Assembly: GCF_001194135.2 (NCBI RefSeq)
Contig: NC_068993.1
Coordinates: 18,776,749 to 18,819,915 of the forward strand
Reading direction: 5' to 3'
DNA: 43,167 nt
DNA from: Octopus bimaculoides
Lineage: Eukaryota
Shown here: positions 38,800 to 43,167 of the stretch, in pieces
Layout: every line of letters starts with the position of its first letter
Numbering within the stretch: position 1 is the stretch's first letter
Program-made: the position numbers and the translations under genes
Notes under the pieces: model-generated
What the model saw: only the letters and a program-made list of their open reading frames with translations
Database searches by the model: none
Told to the model about the DNA's origin: nothing

Positions 38800-38804
38800 C
38801 ATGT

Positions 38805-38847
<43 letters not shown>

Positions 38848-38879
38848 TGTTGTATGGATGTATGTATTCCACAAACACG

Positions 38880-39812
38880 CACTAATACAGGATGGTATTT
38901 TTCTGCAGGTCGATAATGCAAGTCTCAGTTCCAATGTCTTTCAGTCTCTTAGGCAGCACTTTGTGTGTCATGCCAAATGTACTAATTACCTCAGGTATAA
39001 TTGTTGGCTTAGTCTTCCACAATCTCTTCAGTTCTCTGGCTAGCTCCTGGTACTTCTCAATTGTTTCTCGATTCCTTTGGTATCGGCTCTAAGGAATTGC
39101 AAGATCTATGATCTTACACGGTTTGCTTATGGTTCTTTATAACCATATCTCTATAACCATATCTCTATAACCATTCTCTATAACCATTCTCTATAACCAA
39201 TATGGTTATAGAGAACCATATCTGCTCTTCTTGCTTCAGTAGTATGGTTAATCTTTATGGAGAAGTCTCGTAAGATCCTATAATTCTCATCCTCTATCAC
39301 AGCCTGTACTTTGTGTTCATACCATTTTCCTGTTATTTCAAAGTCTCGTACTTGGTTAACATTCCTATGTACTCTTTTTCCTACACAGTCATGCCTGCGC
39401 TTATACTCTTTTTGTGCTAGTCTACTACACTCATTCTAGGAGACGGTTGAGATTTTTATCTCTTTTCCTACTTTTACCTTTGCTGTTTAACTGAGTTTTG
39501 ACGATCTTTCCTTTACCAGATTTGTCCTAATAGCTTATTCCTGAATGGCTATAGTTATCATTTAGGTCTTTCGTTGCATGCTTCTGACCGTAAGCCATAG
39601 ACAGCGTTCTTTACTTCTAACATTTTCGGTTTGTTGCATGAATAGGTCGTAATGCAAACTGAGCACGCCATGATATTAAGCAACACACACCTTTCTTTCC
39701 ATCTGCTTGTTCTGTTGTTCTTTATCACCATGAATTCTACTATTTCAGCGACATTTTGGGTATCTCTACCTGCCGATAGTATTGTTTCTTTACTCAGCAC
39801 AACATAATTTTT
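38880..39812 (-). mobile_element. R4/Dong-clade non-LTR retrotransposon fragment (post-RT region, zinc-knuckle remnant, restriction-like endonuclease)
   Basis: Minus-strand translation: RWKER..FMQQTENVRSKERCLWL..IAIQE*AIRTNLVK..ECSRLAQKEYKRRHDCVGKRVH..WYEHKVQAVIEDENYRILRDF..EARRADMV..KIIDLAIP..EKYQELARELKRLW..DLQK. This matches the R4-clade C-terminal pattern (EYK.RHD, WYEH, RRPD, KYQDL..EL.RLW). It is not in the ORF track as one ORF. Confidence 0.85.
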
Positions 39813-39895
39813 CAACCCCCAAATCGTGGTACTAACGGTGTCTTTGCGTTTCGTAACCCCTTCTTCTTCTTCTTCTTCTTCTTCTTCTTCTTCTT

Positions 39896-39898
<3 letters not shown>

Positions 39899-39970
<72 letters not shown>

Positions 39971-40070
39971 GAGTGAGAGAGCAGTGCATGCCATCAAAGT
40001 GACACTGGGGTAAAATATACCAAGCCCATTATACCCATCATGACTACCCGTCTGATAAGGGTACACCAGG
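39899..40070 (-). mobile_element. Retroposon 3' end with (TAA)n tail, continuing into a gap
   Basis: An (ATT)n tract at 39899-39969 abuts a non-repetitive block that I recall as an octopus interspersed repeat; unverified. Confidence 0.35.
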
Positions 40071-41199
40071 NNNNNNNNNNNNNNNNNNNNNNNNNNNNNN
40101 NNNNNNNNNNNNNNNNNNNNNNNNNNNNNNNNNNNNNNNNNNNNNNNNNNNNNNNNNNNNNNNNNNNNNNNNNNNNNNNNNNNNNNNNNNNNNNNNNNNN
40201 NNNNNNNNNNNNNNNNNNNNNNNNNNNNNNNNNNNNNNNNNNNNNNNNNNNNNNNNNNNNNNNNNNNNNNNNNNNNNNNNNNNNNNNNNNNNNNNNNNNN
40301 NNNNNNNNNNNNNNNNNNNNNNNNNNNNNNNNNNNNNNNNNNNNNNNNNNNNNNNNNNNNNNNNNNNNNNNNNNNNNNNNNNNNNNNNNNNNNNNNNNNN
40401 NNNNNNNNNNNNNNNNNNNNNNNNNNNNNNNNNNNNNNNNNNNNNNNNNNNNNNNNNNNNNNNNNNNNNNNNNNNNNNNNNNNNNNNNNNNNNNNNNNNN
40501 NNNNNNNNNNNNNNNNNNNNNNNNNNNNNNNNNNNNNNNNNNNNNNNNNNNNNNNNNNNNNNNNNNNNNNNNNNNNNNNNNNNNNNNNNNNNNNNNNNNN
40601 NNNNNNNNNNNNNNNNNNNNNNNNNNNNNNNNNNNNNNNNNNNNNNNNNNNNNNNNNNNNNNNNNNNNNNNNNNNNNNNNNNNNNNNNNNNNNNNNNNNN
40701 NNNNNNNNNNNNNNNNNNNNNNNNNNNNNNNNNNNNNNNNNNNNNNNNNNNNNNNNNNNNNNNNNNNNNNNNNNNNNNNNNNNNNNNNNNNNNNNNNNNN
40801 NNNNNNNNNNNNNNNNNNNNNNNNNNNNNNNNNNNNNNNNNNNNNNNNNNNNNNNNNNNNNNNNNNNNNNNNNNGATCTACACTCTTTTCCTCCACCACA
40901 ACCACCACCACCACCACCACCACCACCACCACCACCGACGGAAATTGGTGGGAAGCGAAGTTCATTATTTTGTTGAAAACGATCAGTGCTTAGCGACCAG
41001 AAACTATTTAAATTATATATAACCACTGAGGAGATGGGCAACGTAAAACATGTAATGACAACAGGAAACAATGCGTTGTATTGTGTGTGGTTGTCCGCTA
41101 ACTTGCTAAATCGGAATTCATCTTGATGCATGACCAAACCTTCAACTACTGAGATTGGGGCAGTATGCCAACGCTATCACTTCTAAACAAGAACCTCAA

Positions 41200-41241
41200 A
41201 TACAAATATTCCAACACACACACACACACACACAGTCGCAT

Positions 41242-41272
<31 letters not shown>

Positions 41273-41326
41273 CGCATACACACAGCAACATGCGCATACA
41301 TATCTTTGCTTCACTATATAACTGTC

Positions 41327-41399
<73 letters not shown>

Positions 41400-41569
41400 C
41401 ACACACACACACCTTGACACATACGCATACACACACAACTATATGCTCATGCATATCTTTGTTTCACTATATATCTGTCTCTGTTTGTCTCTCTCTCTCT
41501 CTTTTCCCTCTCTCTTAAACACAAACACACACATGCACACACACACACACACACACACTNNNNNNNNNN

Positions 41570-41615
<46 letters not shown>

Positions 41616-42022
41616 TATGCATAGGCACACAGCTCCATGTGCTACATAACTTTGTCTTACTATATATCTGTCGCTCTCTCCTATTCTCTCTCTATTTCTC
41701 TCTCCCTCTCGCTCTCTCTCTCACACACATGCACACACACACACACACATATATTCACACACACACACACACATATATTCACACACACAGATACATAAGC
41801 ATACACACACAACTACATGCGCGCGCACATCTTTGTCTCTACATATCTGTCTCTGTCTCTGTCTCTCTCTCTCTGTCTCTGTCTGTCTCTCTCTCTCTCT
41901 CTCATTCTCTCCCTCTTTCTCTCTCACAAGCACATACATTCACAAACGTAATACATACACATACAGCGGGTAAGTATGTGTTTGTATGCGGGTAATTAGT
42001 TGTGTGTGTGTGTATCTTTGTA

Positions 42023-42060
<38 letters not shown>

Positions 42061-42330
42061 TGTGTGTGTGTATATGGATTTGCGTGTTACAAAGGGAAAG
42101 GAATAATGAGTCAACTATAGGCTCACACCCACTCTGTCCCATTTTCTGTTTGTCTCTCTGTGTTCCTCTCTGTCACACACACATACAGATTCAAACATGC
42201 GCACGCGAGTGCGCACACACACACATACACACACACTCTCTCGCTCTCCCTCTCTTTCTCACACACACATATATACACTGACACACACACACATATGTGG
42301 CTATACATATTCGCATACACATTCAAAGTA
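41200..42330. repeat. Compound (CA)/(CT)/(CTTT) microsatellite field with a higher-order repeat unit
   Basis: Directly visible; see findings. Confidence 0.9.
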
Positions 42331-42931
42331 GCTCAGCCATTGTTGTGGCAAAGACTGTAACCTCAGATTTATTCTGCAAGCAAACCTAAACTACGATGCT
42401 TTATTCTACAAATGTTCTTCATAAATCGTTGATTTTGTTCCACTTTATCCATTTGTTCTCTAGCAAAGTATCAATCCCTTGTGCCAATTAAAGATATAAT
42501 AACATTTTCTACAACATTGACCAGTGCCATAGACCAAGCACTGAAACACACATACACGCATCAAACTGTCCCAGATATCCCATGATGCTTTGGGATGTCC
42601 AGATGATTTGGAACACGATTCAACATGTTTAGAATGGAAGAAACATCATATCATTTAGCTTGACCTAGCAAATGCATCGAGACTTATTCTTCATAATTCG
42701 ATATATGACTAAATGAACTTTATATTTGAATTCCAGAATGATAAAAAGGAACTCTACTCACTTAAAAATGCTAATCTCGGAGTTCAAGCTGTTTTAGCAT
42801 CAAGAAATTTACGATTAACTGGCAGATAACGGAAATCGGTATGATAGCAAGCATACTACACCATTAGCTAGTACCATTGCACAAGCATTGAACACACACA
42901 CACACACAAACGTGCGTGCGCGATTCACTAT

Positions 42932-43136
42932 TACTCTTTTACTTGTTTCAGTCTTTTGACTGTGGCCATGCTGGAGCACCGCCTTTAGTCGAGCAAATCG
43001 ACCATGGGACTTATTCTTTGGAACCCTAGTACTTATTCTATCGATCCATTTTGCCGAACCGCTAAGTTACGGGGACGTAAACACACCAGCATCGGTTGTC
43101 AAGCGATGTTGGGGGGACACATACACACAAACGCAT

Positions 43137-43140
<4 letters not shown>
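42932..43140 (-). mobile_element. SINE family C, 3' half
   Basis: Nearly identical to 33672-33870. Confidence 0.9.

Positions 43141-43167
<27 letters not shown>

Overview
A gap-rich window (16 N-runs, about 6.0 kb, ~14%) of non-coding animal genomic DNA. The microsatellite load and repeat families suggest an octopod cephalopod draft assembly; this is inferred from recalled repeat sequences, not from a database search. No complete host gene is visible, and nearly all long ORFs in the track are artefacts of microsatellites or N-runs. The sequence is mostly (TA/CA/GATA/AAT/ATC)n tracts plus about 30 copies or fragments of at least 4 SINE-like families (A, B and C have tRNA-type heads). It also holds several transposon fossils: a decayed mariner with both TIRs, a Chapaev-like transposase N-terminus, hAT-type MITE ends, a 5'-truncated CR1/L2-type LINE, an R4/Dong-type RLE LINE fragment, and a Gypsy-like remnant (integrase end, PPT, LTR). 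I cannot claim a new biological system. The best leads are: (i) a SINE family whose 3' tail matches the 3' end of the LINE in this window; (ii) an isolated exact 29-bp sequence present twice, 7.6 kb apart, once as an apparent insertion in the R4 fossil; (iii) a nested inverted-repeat element; (iv) a duplicated, frame-preserved micro-ORF; (v) inverted SINE clusters that could form dsRNA; and (vi) two promoter-like motif clusters and a few weak candidate exons.
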